Source: an uncultured Bacteroidales bacterium (GTDB lineage: Bacteria; Bacteroidota; Bacteroidia; Bacteroidales; UBA12077). From it: a DNA stretch of 64,000 nt. The stretch covers positions 9,512-73,511 of the forward strand of contig CAYVEW010000001.1 of the NCBI GenBank assembly GCA_964450375.1, in the 5' to 3' direction. Both the position numbers and the translations under genes were made by a program. Each line of letters starts with the position of its first letter. The stretch's first letter is position 1. A model generated the notes under the pieces. The model searched no databases. It saw only the letters and a program-made list of their open reading frames with translations, and was not told where the DNA came from. Shown here piece after piece: positions 19,488 through 29,432 of the stretch.

Positions 19488-22400
19488 ATGGGCAAAAGTA
19501 TTAAAAAAATATATAAAATATTAATCATTTTTTTATTGGTATTAACAACAATACCAATAACTGCTTATTTTGTTCTAAAAAACAGTAAAGTTCAAACCTA
19601 CCTTACTCAAAAAATTATAGCCGAAGTTTCCAAAAATACGGATGCCAAATTTGATATTAAATCAGTACATTTTCGTTTTTTTAACAAGCTTGTTTTAAAA
19701 GATGTTTATATCGAAGATAATTTGCAAGATACACTTCTGTTTTCGAAAGAAATTATCTGCCATATTAGCAAAGTAAATAGAACGCAGAAATTTATTAATA
19801 TCAAACGAGTTAATTTAATCAATGCCAAGTTTTATTTACATAAGTTTGATACCATAAATCCAATTAACCTTACTTATCTTATCAGGAGTAGTAAAAAAGA
19901 CACTATAAAAAAAGAATCGCAATGGAAAATTGTTGTACAAAACGTTGAAATGCAACAATCGGTGTTTAAGTATAAATCAATACGAAAAAGAGAAAAAGAG
20001 TATGGGATCAATTTTAATGATTTAGTTTGCTACATTGATGAGTTGGATGTTCGCGATTTAAAAATTGAAGATGGCATTGTTAATCTTACTGCCCGAAAAC
20101 TAAAAGTAACAGAAAAATCTGGTTTTTTAACATACAGTACAAAATTCAATATGAGCATTGGTAACGATCATATGATTTTTAGAAATGTGAAAATCCGCAC
20201 ACCCCATTCGTATATAAATGCCGATTCAGTATGTTTCTTTCATAACGATTTTGATGATTATAATGAATTTGCTAAAAATATCCGGCTCGACTTCGGATTG
20301 CAGGAATCTAATGTAAGCTTTAAAGATATTGGATACTTTGCATCAATTTTTAAAGATATCCCTTTAAACACTGTGATCTCGGGTAGAGTTTATAGCAAGT
20401 TAAGCACTTTTAAGGGGAAAGATGTTAAGTTTCAAATAGGCGAGCAAACCGAATTGATTACTGATTTTAACCTAAACGGACTTCCGGATTACAGCCAAAT
20501 GTTTATTTATGTCGATTTCAAAAAGCTTACCACATGGGCAAAGGATTTTGAACTGATAAATACCTTTATAAAAAAAGGCAAAAAAATTACGATCCCCGAT
20601 AGTTTCGATAAATTGGGGATTATTAATTACAAAGGAAACTTTGCAGGCTTTTTCGATGATTTTGTTACATACGGAAAATTTACCACCAAATTAGGCAATG
20701 TATCAACAGACCTTTCTTTACAGCCCGACACATCTAAAATATTATCTTTTGATGGAAATATTCAAACCACCAGTTTTCAATTAGGTGAATTAACCGGTGA
20801 TACATCCATTATTGGAAGTATAAGTGCAAATGCAAACATTAAGGGTTTTACTCAAAACAAATCCATAAAGGCCCAAACCGAAGGTGTTGTTAACCAGATT
20901 GAAATCAATAAATACAACTATCAGAATATTAAATTCGATGGCTTTTTAACCGAAAAAACCTACGATGGAATTTTCAGTATAACCGATCCGAACATACAAT
21001 TAAACTTTAGTGGAGGTATCGATTTTTCAAAAGAAATTCCAGTTTTTAATTTTTATGCCGATGTACCAAGAGCTCAATTATATAAACTGAATGTAGATAA
21101 AAAAGATTCTACATCGAATATATCGTTTGATTTAGCAGCCAATTTTAGTGGAGTAGATATTGATAACATTAATGGAGATATTAAATTTTCGAATGCTAAA
21201 CTGGTTAAGTTTAATGAAGAAATGAATTTTGACACACTTATGCTTGCAGCCGAACACGATGCAGAACTCCACTCCATTATTCTAAAATCAGATTACATTG
21301 ATGCTACTCTTAAAGGCTCTTATAAATCAAGCACGATAATTAAATCGTTAAAGCAGCTTTATTACAATTATCTGCCAAACCTTACCAAACAACCAGAAGA
21401 TACTATACAAATAGATTATAATAATGATTTTTCGCTGGATGTAAATTTAAAACAAACACATATTATCAGCAGATTTTTTATCCCAAGTGTTTTTATCAGC
21501 GATAATTCTTTTCTCAATTTCCAATATAGTAACAACGATAAAAGGTTTTTATTAAATGCCAGTTTCAATAAACTACAATATAAACATCACACATTTAATG
21601 ACCTTATAATAAATACCTATTCAAACGACAGTTTATTTACTACAGTCACAAAATGTTCCGACTTTTTATTCAACAATTATTTTACTTTAGATAATTTTAA
21701 AACCACATCCCTGGTTCATCACAATAACATTGACATTAAGATCGACTGGAATAACTACGACACATTAAACTATCAAGGTAAAATATTAGCATCTACTAAA
21801 ATTAATCAAGAGGAAACTTTTGGCGACCAATCGTACAAAATAACCTTATTACCATCTGAGTTCATTGTAAAAGATTCGCTTTGGATGATAAACAAATCGA
21901 TTATCAGCATTGATTCAACTTCTGTTGATTTTATTGATTTTACAGTAAGTCATGGCGATCAACACTTCGCTGTTTTCGGAAAAATATCGGAAAATCCTTC
22001 AGATACTTTATATGTTCAATTTGATGATCTAAACCTTGCTAACCTGAACATTATTACTGCGAAAAACAAGTTGGAATTTGAAGGAAACATCAACGGAAAA
22101 GCCAACATTTCAAATATTTACAATGAGCCATTATTTTTCTCAGATATTGAGATTGATAAGCTGGTTTTAAATAAAGAAACATTTGGCTACACCAAAATTT
22201 TGAGCCAATGGATAGACGATCAAAAAGCAATTGGAATGGATGTTTCTGCACAATATGCTCAAAAAGAAATTATTAAAGCAAATGGCTTTTATTTTCCGAA
22301 AAGTAATTTACTTGATTTCGAAATATCTATAGATCAATTACATACCCACGTACTAACACCTTATTTGAGTAGTTTTGCTTCAGAAATAACGGGCACTGCG

Positions 22401-23936
22401 AATGGCTATGCAAAAGTTACAGGAGCCCTGCAAAAACCGGTTTTCAACGGGAGCATTGAGTTAATTGATACCAAAATGACCATTGACTATATAAAAACAC
22501 CTTATTATTTTAATACGAATGCCGAAATAGATAATAATTCAATTGTTTTTACCAATACAGAAGTATACGATTCGTTTCAAAATATAGCATTAACCAATGG
22601 TTTTGTAAAGTTTGGCCCCGATAAAAACATCAGTTTTAATTTTAATATCAATGCAGAAAAAGTACATGCTTTAAATACTACCGGATCAGATAATGATGCT
22701 TTTTATGGAACGGCATTTATGACCGGAATTGTAAACATTATTGGAGACAAAGATGAAACTTTATTGGATATATTGGGAATTACAGAACAGAATACGAAAA
22801 TTAATATTCCGTTAACACATATGCAAAGTGCCGAAGAATCAGGTTTTATCACCTTTGTAAATGCTCAAAAAGTAATAGAACAAGATATCACTGATTTTAA
22901 TACTAATACTTCCGGATTCAAGCTTAATTTCGATTTAGAAGTTACACCAGATGCAGAAGCTCAGCTTATTTTCGATTCAAAAATCGGTGATGTGATTCGC
23001 GGAAAAGGTGCCGGCAATATTAAAATGGAAATTGATGATGATCAGGAATTCGAAATGTATGGCGAATACATTATCGAAGAAGGAGATTATTTATTTACAC
23101 TTCAAAATGTAATTAATAAGAGATTTAAAATTGAACGTGGAGGAAATATTATTTGGAATGGAGCTCCTTATGACGCCACCGTTGATATAAGTGCTGCGTA
23201 TAATCTTAAAACATCATTGTCCGGATTAGTTGATTCTTCTTTATATCAAACAAATGATTTTTATAAGAAAAGAATCCCTGTAAAATGCCAGGTGTTCTTA
23301 ACAGAACGCTTATTAAATCCGAGCATTGAATTTAATATTGACTTACCCACCGCCGATGAAGAAACAAAAACTCTGGTAAGATCGCTGATTAATACAGAAG
23401 AAAAAAAGAACAAACAATTTCTATCCCTGCTTGTATTAAACACCTTTATGCCAGAACAAACCACCGATAACTATCTAACCAATTCGGCAAGCACCGCCAA
23501 CCTGGGTTCTGTTACCACAAGCGAACTGCTTTCGAACCAGTTATCACATTGGCTTTCACAGATTAGTGACGAATGGGATATTGGTGTTAATTATCGTCCC
23601 GGCGATGAAATCTCAAAAGACCAGGTTGAAGTCGCATTATCGACCCAATTATTAAACGACAGAGTAAGTATTAATGGTAACGTTGGTTACGGGGGCCAAA
23701 CCGAAGCCCAGGCAAGTGATATAGTGGGCGACTTTAATGTTGATGTGAAGCTAAATAAAAGTGGTAAAATCCGGGTAAAGGCTTTTAATGAATCAAACGA
23801 TAAGCTTATTTATGAAGATGCTCCCTACACACAAGGTGTTGGTATTTTTTATCGCGAAGAGTTTAATTCTTTTTCTGAGTTACTTCGAAATTTCTGGCAC
23901 AAATTTAGTAAGAAAGAAAAAGATACAAATGATTGA
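19488..23936 (+). CDS. tamB: Translocation/assembly module protein TamB-like (giant beta-rich envelope protein)
   Basis: 1482 aa with an N-terminal TM anchor. The body is long, repetitive and beta-rich. The C-terminus is DUF490-like ('NYRPGDE...VEVALSTQLLNDRVSINGNVGY...VDVKLNKSGKIRVKAFN'). It is divergent from tsaD. Confidence 0.8.
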   Translation: MGKSIKKIYKILIIFLLVLTTIPITAYFVLKNSKVQTYLTQKIIAEVSKNTDAKFDIKSVHFRFFNKLVLKDVYIEDNLQDTLLFSKEIICHISKVNRTQKFINIKRVNLINAKFYLHKFDTINPINLTYLIRSSKKDTIKKESQWKIVVQNVEMQQSVFKYKSIRKREKEYGINFNDLVCYIDELDVRDLKIEDGIVNLTARKLKVTEKSGFLTYSTKFNMSIGNDHMIFRNVKIRTPHSYINADSVCFFHNDFDDYNEFAKNIRLDFGLQESNVSFKDIGYFASIFKDIPLNTVISGRVYSKLSTFKGKDVKFQIGEQTELITDFNLNGLPDYSQMFIYVDFKKLTTWAKDFELINTFIKKGKKITIPDSFDKLGIINYKGNFAGFFDDFVTYGKFTTKLGNVSTDLSLQPDTSKILSFDGNIQTTSFQLGELTGDTSIIGSISANANIKGFTQNKSIKAQTEGVVNQIEINKYNYQNIKFDGFLTEKTYDGIFSITDPNIQLNFSGGIDFSKEIPVFNFYADVPRAQLYKLNVDKKDSTSNISFDLAANFSGVDIDNINGDIKFSNAKLVKFNEEMNFDTLMLAAEHDAELHSIILKSDYIDATLKGSYKSSTIIKSLKQLYYNYLPNLTKQPEDTIQIDYNNDFSLDVNLKQTHIISRFFIPSVFISDNSFLNFQYSNNDKRFLLNASFNKLQYKHHTFNDLIINTYSNDSLFTTVTKCSDFLFNNYFTLDNFKTTSLVHHNNIDIKIDWNNYDTLNYQGKILASTKINQEETFGDQSYKITLLPSEFIVKDSLWMINKSIISIDSTSVDFIDFTVSHGDQHFAVFGKISENPSDTLYVQFDDLNLANLNIITAKNKLEFEGNINGKANISNIYNEPLFFSDIEIDKLVLNKETFGYTKILSQWIDDQKAIGMDVSAQYAQKEIIKANGFYFPKSNLLDFEISIDQLHTHVLTPYLSSFASEITGTANGYAKVTGALQKPVFNGSIELIDTKMTIDYIKTPYYFNTNAEIDNNSIVFTNTEVYDSFQNIALTNGFVKFGPDKNISFNFNINAEKVHALNTTGSDNDAFYGTAFMTGIVNIIGDKDETLLDILGITEQNTKINIPLTHMQSAEESGFITFVNAQKVIEQDITDFNTNTSGFKLNFDLEVTPDAEAQLIFDSKIGDVIRGKGAGNIKMEIDDDQEFEMYGEYIIEEGDYLFTLQNVINKRFKIERGGNIIWNGAPYDATVDISAAYNLKTSLSGLVDSSLYQTNDFYKKRIPVKCQVFLTERLLNPSIEFNIDLPTADEETKTLVRSLINTEEKKNKQFLSLLVLNTFMPEQTTDNYLTNSASTANLGSVTTSELLSNQLSHWLSQISDEWDIGVNYRPGDEISKDQVEVALSTQLLNDRVSINGNVGYGGQTEAQASDIVGDFNVDVKLNKSGKIRVKAFNESNDKLIYEDAPYTQGVGIFYREEFNSFSELLRNFWHKFSKKEKDTND

Positions 23937-23945
23937 TGTTTTTTG

Positions 23946-23953
23946 TAATTTTG
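23946..23953 (+). promoter_or_regulatory. Candidate -7 promoter box TAATTTTG
   Basis: Exact TAnnTTTG match 56 nt upstream of the exbB ATG. Confidence 0.3.
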
Positions 23954-24008
23954 ACAATTCATTTACTAAAATAATAATATAGTTTATACGTTCTAAAGAA
24001 TAAATAAT

Positions 24009-24707
24009 ATGTACAACTTATTCATAGCATTACAAATAAGTTTAAACGATAGCATTGATACTGCTGTTGCCGAAGCCGGAGAGCTTAAATTGTCTTTTTG
24101 GGAATTAGCTTTAAAAGGGGGTTGGATTATGATTCCAATTCTTATTTTATCAGTTTTAGCTGTATACATCTTTATTGAAAGATACTTTGCTGTTAAAAAA
24201 GCTTCGCAAACCGATATTAATTTCATGAATCGAATAAAAGATTACATTCATGATGATAAAATTGATTCTGCTTTAGCATTATGTCAATCGACACAAAGCC
24301 CGGTGGCCAGAATGATTGAAAAAGGTATACAACGAATCGGAAGGCCATTAAATGATATTAATGCAGCAATTGAAACCGTTGGAAACCTTGAAATTTCAAA
24401 ACTGGAAAAAGGTTTACCAACACTGGCTACCGTGTCGGGTGCAGCTCCAATGATTGGTTTTCTTGGTACTGTTATTGGTATGATTCGCGCTTTCTACGAT
24501 ATGTCAAATGCCGGAAACAATATTGATGTAAGCTTATTGTCGAATGGAATTTATACAGCCATGGTAACAACTGTTGCCGGTTTAATGGTTGGTATTGTTG
24601 GATATCTTGCTTACAATATACTTGTGGCAAAAGTAGAAAAAGTAGTATTTCAACTTGAAGCAAATACATCGGAATTTATGGACCTGTTAAATGAGCCGGT
24701 CGAATAA
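24009..24707 (+). CDS. exbB: MotA/TolQ/ExbB proton channel protein
   Basis: 232 aa with 3 TM segments. 'LATVSGAAPMIGFLGTVIGMIRAF' is the ExbB/TolQ signature region. Confidence 0.9.
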   Translation: MYNLFIALQISLNDSIDTAVAEAGELKLSFWELALKGGWIMIPILILSVLAVYIFIERYFAVKKASQTDINFMNRIKDYIHDDKIDSALALCQSTQSPVARMIEKGIQRIGRPLNDINAAIETVGNLEISKLEKGLPTLATVSGAAPMIGFLGTVIGMIRAFYDMSNAGNNIDVSLLSNGIYTAMVTTVAGLMVGIVGYLAYNILVAKVEKVVFQLEANTSEFMDLLNEPVE

Positions 24708-24718
24708 AAATTGGAACT

Positions 24719-25117
24719 ATGGCTTTAAAAAGAAGAAATAAAGTAAATGCCGGTTTTAGTATGTCGTCAATGACTGACATAGTGTTTCTGTTGTTAATCT
24801 TTTTTATGGTAACTTCAACTTTAATTGCACCCAATGCTTTAAAATTATTGTTGCCAAAAAGTTCGCATCAAACATCAGCAAATGCTGTTACAACTATTTC
24901 AATAACAGAAGATGTGAAATTTTATATCGAAACAACCCAGGTTCCACTAGAGGATATTGAAGCGATTTTACAAAATAAATTTCAAAACGAAAATGCAGAA
25001 GATATAACCATTTCTTTGCATGCACATCAGATGGTACCGCTGCAAGAAGTAGTTAAAATCATGAATATTGCAAAAGATAATAAATGGAAGTTAATATTAG
25101 CGACAACCGCTAAATAA
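24719..25117 (+). CDS. exbD: ExbD/TolR biopolymer transport protein
   Basis: 132 aa. 'MTDIVFLLLIFFMVTST' is the canonical ExbD TM segment. Confidence 0.9.
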   Translation: MALKRRNKVNAGFSMSSMTDIVFLLLIFFMVTSTLIAPNALKLLLPKSSHQTSANAVTTISITEDVKFYIETTQVPLEDIEAILQNKFQNENAEDITISLHAHQMVPLQEVVKIMNIAKDNKWKLILATTAK

Positions 25118-25120
25118 AAA

Positions 25121-25942
25121 ATGTCAGACTTTATTAAAGAACATAAGGCAGGTATTATCGGAACAATAATCTTTCATACAATAATTATTGTATTATTTAT
25201 TGTTTTTGGATATAGTACACCCCTTCCCTTACCTTCTGAAGAAGGTATTTTAATAAATTTTGGCGATGCCGATGAAGGTGCAGGCCTGGTGGAACCAAGA
25301 ATGTCGGAATCTATCCAGGAAGAATCACAGGAAAGTGTTCAGGAGTCTGTGCCAGAATCGAATCCTTCACCTACAGAAGATGGTGCTGTTACTCAAGACT
25401 TTGAAGATGCTCCTGCCGTTAAAGAACAAGGTGTAAAAGAAGAAAAGACCGAAACCAAAACAGAAACTCAACCAAAGGAAGAAAAAGAAGAAAAACCGGA
25501 ACCTGTTGAAGAAAGAAAAGTAAACGAAAATGCACTATTCCCGGGCAGGGATCGAAACACGAATACCAGTACGAGCGAAGGTGAAACAGAAGGAAATAAA
25601 AACCAGGGCTCAACTACCGGATCGGTAGATTCTGATAATCATACCGGAGGAAATTCGATTGGAACCAGCGGAACCAGTTTTAGCTTAGCCGGAAGAAACC
25701 CGGAATCACTTCCCAAACCGGATTATACTCATCAAATTGAAGGCAAAGTAGTTGTTGAAATAACTGTGGATAAATATGGCAATGTTACCGATGCCAATCC
25801 AGGTGTTAAAGGTAGTACAACGCTAGACGCCAACCTATTAGCAGCAGCAAAAAGAGCAGCCTTAAAAGCTAAATTTGATAAAAAACCAGATGCTCCGGCT
25901 TACCAAAAAGGAACCATTACTTATTTTTTCAGATTACAGTAA
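25121..25942 (+). CDS. tonB: TonB-family energy transducer
   Basis: 273 aa. N-terminal TM anchor, E/K/P/T-rich spacer, and a C-terminal TonB-like domain ('GKVVVEITVDKYGNVTDA'). Confidence 0.8.
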   Translation: MSDFIKEHKAGIIGTIIFHTIIIVLFIVFGYSTPLPLPSEEGILINFGDADEGAGLVEPRMSESIQEESQESVQESVPESNPSPTEDGAVTQDFEDAPAVKEQGVKEEKTETKTETQPKEEKEEKPEPVEERKVNENALFPGRDRNTNTSTSEGETEGNKNQGSTTGSVDSDNHTGGNSIGTSGTSFSLAGRNPESLPKPDYTHQIEGKVVVEITVDKYGNVTDANPGVKGSTTLDANLLAAAKRAALKAKFDKKPDAPAYQKGTITYFFRLQ

Positions 25943-25944
25943 TC

Positions 25945-26709
25945 TCAGAACAACCAATCGAATAAGCCCAACAGTTTTGCAGCAGATATAACTAAGGCAA
26001 TTAATAAAATATACCTTACTAATTGTGGGCCTTTTTTGACTGCAATTCGCGTTGCAACAAAGGCTCCAAGCATATTCCCAATAGCAAGGGTTAGTCCTAT
26101 TTTATAATTCACCTGATCATTTAAGACAAAGACAACAAAGGCTAAAATGTTATAAATTAAAACAATAAATAATTTGAGTGCATTTGCTTTAACCAAATCA
26201 ACACCAACAATCATTACCAAAGCCGCCACTAAAAAAAATCCGATTCCGGCCTGAATAAAACCACCATATAATCCAATCACGAAAAAGATTATTATTTGTA
26301 TTAATGTTGGTTTTACAATCTTCTGTTCTTCGGGTTTAATAAGCCATTTTTCTGGTTTAAACAAAATAAACAGAAACATAACCACCAGTAAAATCCCGAT
26401 GGTGGTTTCCATAATTTGTTCGTTTAAATTCACTGCAACCAAAGCTCCGATTACCGATCCAACGCAAGCCGGAATAACCAGAAATATCCCCTGTTTATAA
26501 TCAAGTACCTTTTGTTGTCGGAAACTACCGGTTGCAACAACGTTCTGAAGAATTAACGCGATTCGGTTCGTTCCGTTAGCAACATTTGCAGGTAATCCCA
26601 TAAAAATTAAAAGCGGTAAGGTAAGGAGTGATCCGCCACCTGCAAACACATTAATAAATCCGGCAAAAAATCCGATAATAATTGAAAAATAGGGCAATAA
26701 ATTGTCCAT
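25945..26709 (-). CDS. TauE/SafE family anion exporter (paralogue 1)
   Basis: 254 aa, polytopic. 'GGGSLLTLPLLIFMGLPANVANGTNR' and the second half 'GLYGGFIQAGIGFF'. Confidence 0.85.
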   Translation of the reverse strand: MDNLLPYFSIIIGFFAGFINVFAGGGSLLTLPLLIFMGLPANVANGTNRIALILQNVVATGSFRQQKVLDYKQGIFLVIPACVGSVIGALVAVNLNEQIMETTIGILLVVMFLFILFKPEKWLIKPEEQKIVKPTLIQIIIFFVIGLYGGFIQAGIGFFLVAALVMIVGVDLVKANALKLFIVLIYNILAFVVFVLNDQVNYKIGLTLAIGNMLGAFVATRIAVKKGPQLVRYILLIALVISAAKLLGLFDWLF

Positions 26710-26711
26710 AT

Positions 26712-27479
26712 TTATTGGAAGATATAATTAAATACACCAAAAAGTTTTAAAGCTGAACCTAATATTGCTGCAAGTAACACGTAACGTACAAATTTTGCAC
26801 CCCAGCTTACAGCTACCTTTGCACCAACAAATGCGCCCAGCATACTTCCTATCGCTAAAACAAATCCTAACAAATAATTAACCTGAGCATTTATAACAAA
26901 CACAATTAAAGCAGGAATAGTAAATAACAGGGTAATAAAAACCTTAATTGCATTGGCTTTAACCAAATCGTAACCGGCTCCTAATACCAAACCGCCTAAA
27001 AGAAAAAAACCAACTCCGGCCTGAATAAAACCACCATACAAACCGATTCCAAAGAATATAATCATCTGTAAAACGGAAGGTTTCTCTTTTACTTTGCCTG
27101 CCTGTCCTTTAATCCACGCATCGGGTTTATAAAGAATAATAAAAAACATTACTACCAAAAGAATTCCGATAAAAATCCGCATGATTTCGTCGGTAAGATT
27201 AACCGCCCACAACGATCCTGCAATGGCCCCAATAATACTTGGTACTCCTAACCAAAAACCCACCTTAAAATCGAGAACCTTTTTTTGTTTAAAGCTTCCT
27301 GATGCCACAATGCTCTGAAACAGAATTCCGATTCGGTTGGTTCCATTTGCAACATTCGCCGGCAAACCTAAAAACATGAGCAAAGGTAAAGTGAGCAAAG
27401 ATCCACTACCAGCCAATGTATTAATAAACCCGGCTAAAAAGCCCACTGCAATTACTGCGAGAATTATATACCATTCCAT
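26712..27479 (-). CDS. TauE/SafE family anion exporter (paralogue 2)
   Basis: 255 aa, collinear with the neighbouring paralogue ('GSGSLLTLPLLMFLGLPANVANGTNR', 'GLYGGFIQAGVGFF'). There is a 2-nt gap between the two genes. Confidence 0.85.
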   Translation of the reverse strand: MEWYIILAVIAVGFLAGFINTLAGSGSLLTLPLLMFLGLPANVANGTNRIGILFQSIVASGSFKQKKVLDFKVGFWLGVPSIIGAIAGSLWAVNLTDEIMRIFIGILLVVMFFIILYKPDAWIKGQAGKVKEKPSVLQMIIFFGIGLYGGFIQAGVGFFLLGGLVLGAGYDLVKANAIKVFITLLFTIPALIVFVINAQVNYLLGFVLAIGSMLGAFVGAKVAVSWGAKFVRYVLLAAILGSALKLFGVFNYIFQ

Positions 27480-27529
27480 AATGAATACAATTAAGTGCCT
27501 AAAGATAGAAAAGTCGGTAAAATAAACAT

Positions 27530-27560
27530 AAAAATAAGAGCTGCCAAAAAAGCAGCTCTC
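27530..27560 (-). terminator. Rho-independent terminator downstream of ilvE
   Basis: AGAGCTGC (27537-27544) / GCAGCTCT (27552-27559). On the minus strand it is followed by TATTTTTAT. Confidence 0.75.
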
Positions 27561-27567
27561 AATTTAT

Positions 27568-28587
27568 TTATTTTATTATTTCAACCCAATTGTGAGGGTC
27601 TGGTTCGTCGCCATACTGAATAGCTACTAACTTTTCGTAAATCTTCGTTGAGATTGGTCCTGCTTTGCCATCTTTACAGAAAATATACTTTTTGTCTTTA
27701 TCAATATCGTAGATTTCGCCAATAGGAGAAATAATTGCAGCGGTTCCGCAAGCACCAACTTCTTCAAACGAATCCAACTCATCAATATCTACGGGCCTTC
27801 TTTCAACTTTAAGTCCCATATCTTCGGCAAGCTGTACAATACTCATATTGGTTATTGATGGTAAAATCGAAGGCGATTTAGGAGTAATATAGGTGTTATC
27901 TTTTATTCCAAAGAAATTGGCTGCTCCTATTTCATCGATGTATTTTTTATGCACAGAATCAAGATACATTGGCGAACCATATCCGGCATCGTGCGCTTTC
28001 TTAACTCCGCGTAAACTGGATGCATAATTACCACCCACTTTAATATCTCCAGTACCCAGTGGTGCAGCACGATCTGAATCTCTTACAACTGCTATTTTAA
28101 CAGGACTAAAACCTTCTTTAAAATATGGCCCAACAGGACTTACAAAAACCATAAATAAGTATTCGTTTGCAGGCTTTACACCTATTTGTGGACCCGAGCC
28201 AATTAAAAGCGGACGTAAATATAAAGCAGCGCCCGTTCCATAAGGCGGAACAAAACGTTCATTCATCAAAACAGCTTTGGTAATGGCTTCTTTAAATAGC
28301 TCTTTGGTAATTGGTTGCATTAAAATTCCGTGTGCAGAACGTTCCATTCGCTTGTAGTTTTCTTCCCAGCGAAACAAACGTATCTTTCCGTCTTTTCCAC
28401 GATAAGCTTTCATTCCTTCAAAAGCCTGTTGCCCATAATGCAAAGCAGTAGCAGAAATATGTAGGTTTAAAAATTCAGATGATGAGATTTCTAACTCACC
28501 CCATTTTCCATCTCTATAATAACATCTGACATTGTAATCGGTTTTTAGATAACCAAAAGGCAGTTCGCCCCAATTTAAGTTTGTCAT
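27568..28587 (-). CDS. ilvE: Branched-chain amino acid aminotransferase
   Basis: 339 aa. 'LHYGQQAFEGMKAYR', 'LYLRPLLIGSG' and 'VGGNYASSL' are class IV aminotransferase motifs. Confidence 0.93.
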   Translation of the reverse strand: MTNLNWGELPFGYLKTDYNVRCYYRDGKWGELEISSSEFLNLHISATALHYGQQAFEGMKAYRGKDGKIRLFRWEENYKRMERSAHGILMQPITKELFKEAITKAVLMNERFVPPYGTGAALYLRPLLIGSGPQIGVKPANEYLFMVFVSPVGPYFKEGFSPVKIAVVRDSDRAAPLGTGDIKVGGNYASSLRGVKKAHDAGYGSPMYLDSVHKKYIDEIGAANFFGIKDNTYITPKSPSILPSITNMSIVQLAEDMGLKVERRPVDIDELDSFEEVGACGTAAIISPIGEIYDIDKDKKYIFCKDGKAGPISTKIYEKLVAIQYGDEPDPHNWVEIIK

Positions 28588-28693
28588 AATATTTTAGTTT
28601 TTGATTTTCATTTTGCTTTCCAAATATACCAAATTTGATGTTTTAAATTTGAATAATTTTACTATTACATAACATGAAAATCATTAAGCGAAC

Positions 28694-29272
28694 TTACAGC
28701 GAAAGTTCCCTTATCCCTTTTTTAGTTAACTTATTTACTATTTCAGTCTTGCTTGCTTCTGATTCTCCCAACAAAGCTTCAGAAATATAATACATTTTGT
28801 AACCAAGTTCTTTACCTCCTAGCAAGGTTTTTATACCACAGTGCTCAGCCATAAGTCCAACCACCACAATTTCTTTAATTCCTGATTTTTTCACAAAATC
28901 ACTTAATTGATCGGACGAAAAAGCATTCGCTTTTGTCTTGCAAAAAATCCTTTGATTCACAATTATCAGGCGTTCATCTAAGTCCATATGCGGCAAAGTA
29001 TCTATATAAATTTTTGATAAACTCAGATTTAATGTTCGATGAATCGCTTTTATATAAATTACATTTTCAGGATTAGCTTTTTCGATTATATTATTTACCT
29101 TATTTATAAAGAGTTCAGATGTGCTGTCAGGCAACAAATATTTTGTTGTATACTCTTGGACATCAAGCACTAATAAAAGTTTATTGTCAAGTGGGTTTTC
29201 ATCAGGTTGGGCAAAACTTCTGGTTAGCATTGTAACAATCAACACTAAGGCTATACATAATATTTTATTCAT
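28694..29272 (-). CDS. Secreted isochorismatase-family cysteine hydrolase
   Basis: 192 aa with a signal peptide. 'LLVLDVQE' and 'IVVVGLMAEHCGIKT' match the isochorismatase-like D/K/C layout. Confidence 0.7.
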   Translation of the reverse strand: MNKILCIALVLIVTMLTRSFAQPDENPLDNKLLLVLDVQEYTTKYLLPDSTSELFINKVNNIIEKANPENVIYIKAIHRTLNLSLSKIYIDTLPHMDLDERLIIVNQRIFCKTKANAFSSDQLSDFVKKSGIKEIVVVGLMAEHCGIKTLLGGKELGYKMYYISEALLGESEASKTEIVNKLTKKGIRELSL

Positions 29273-29379
29273 AAGTTAAGTATTAATAAATATGTATACG
29301 AATTTATCAATAAATATCACAAAGCTTATTCATCATTAACTTGATTTAGTTATTGTTAACAAAATTAAACATTTTACCT

Positions 29380-29410
29380 AAAAAAAAAGCCACTCTGAAT
29401 TAGAGTGGCT
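29380..29410 (-). terminator. Rho-independent terminator downstream of dcp
   Basis: AGCCACTCT (29388-29396) / AGAGTGGCT (29402-29410). The plus-strand A8 run at 29381-29388 becomes a U-run on the minus strand. Confidence 0.85.
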
Positions 29411-29432
29411 TCGTGTTTTTTATAAGAATTAC

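Noticed and set aside
25420-25520. Repetitive-looking K/E/T/P codons in tonB
   Set aside because: This is the usual low-complexity periplasmic spacer of TonB proteins. It is not a DNA repeat element.
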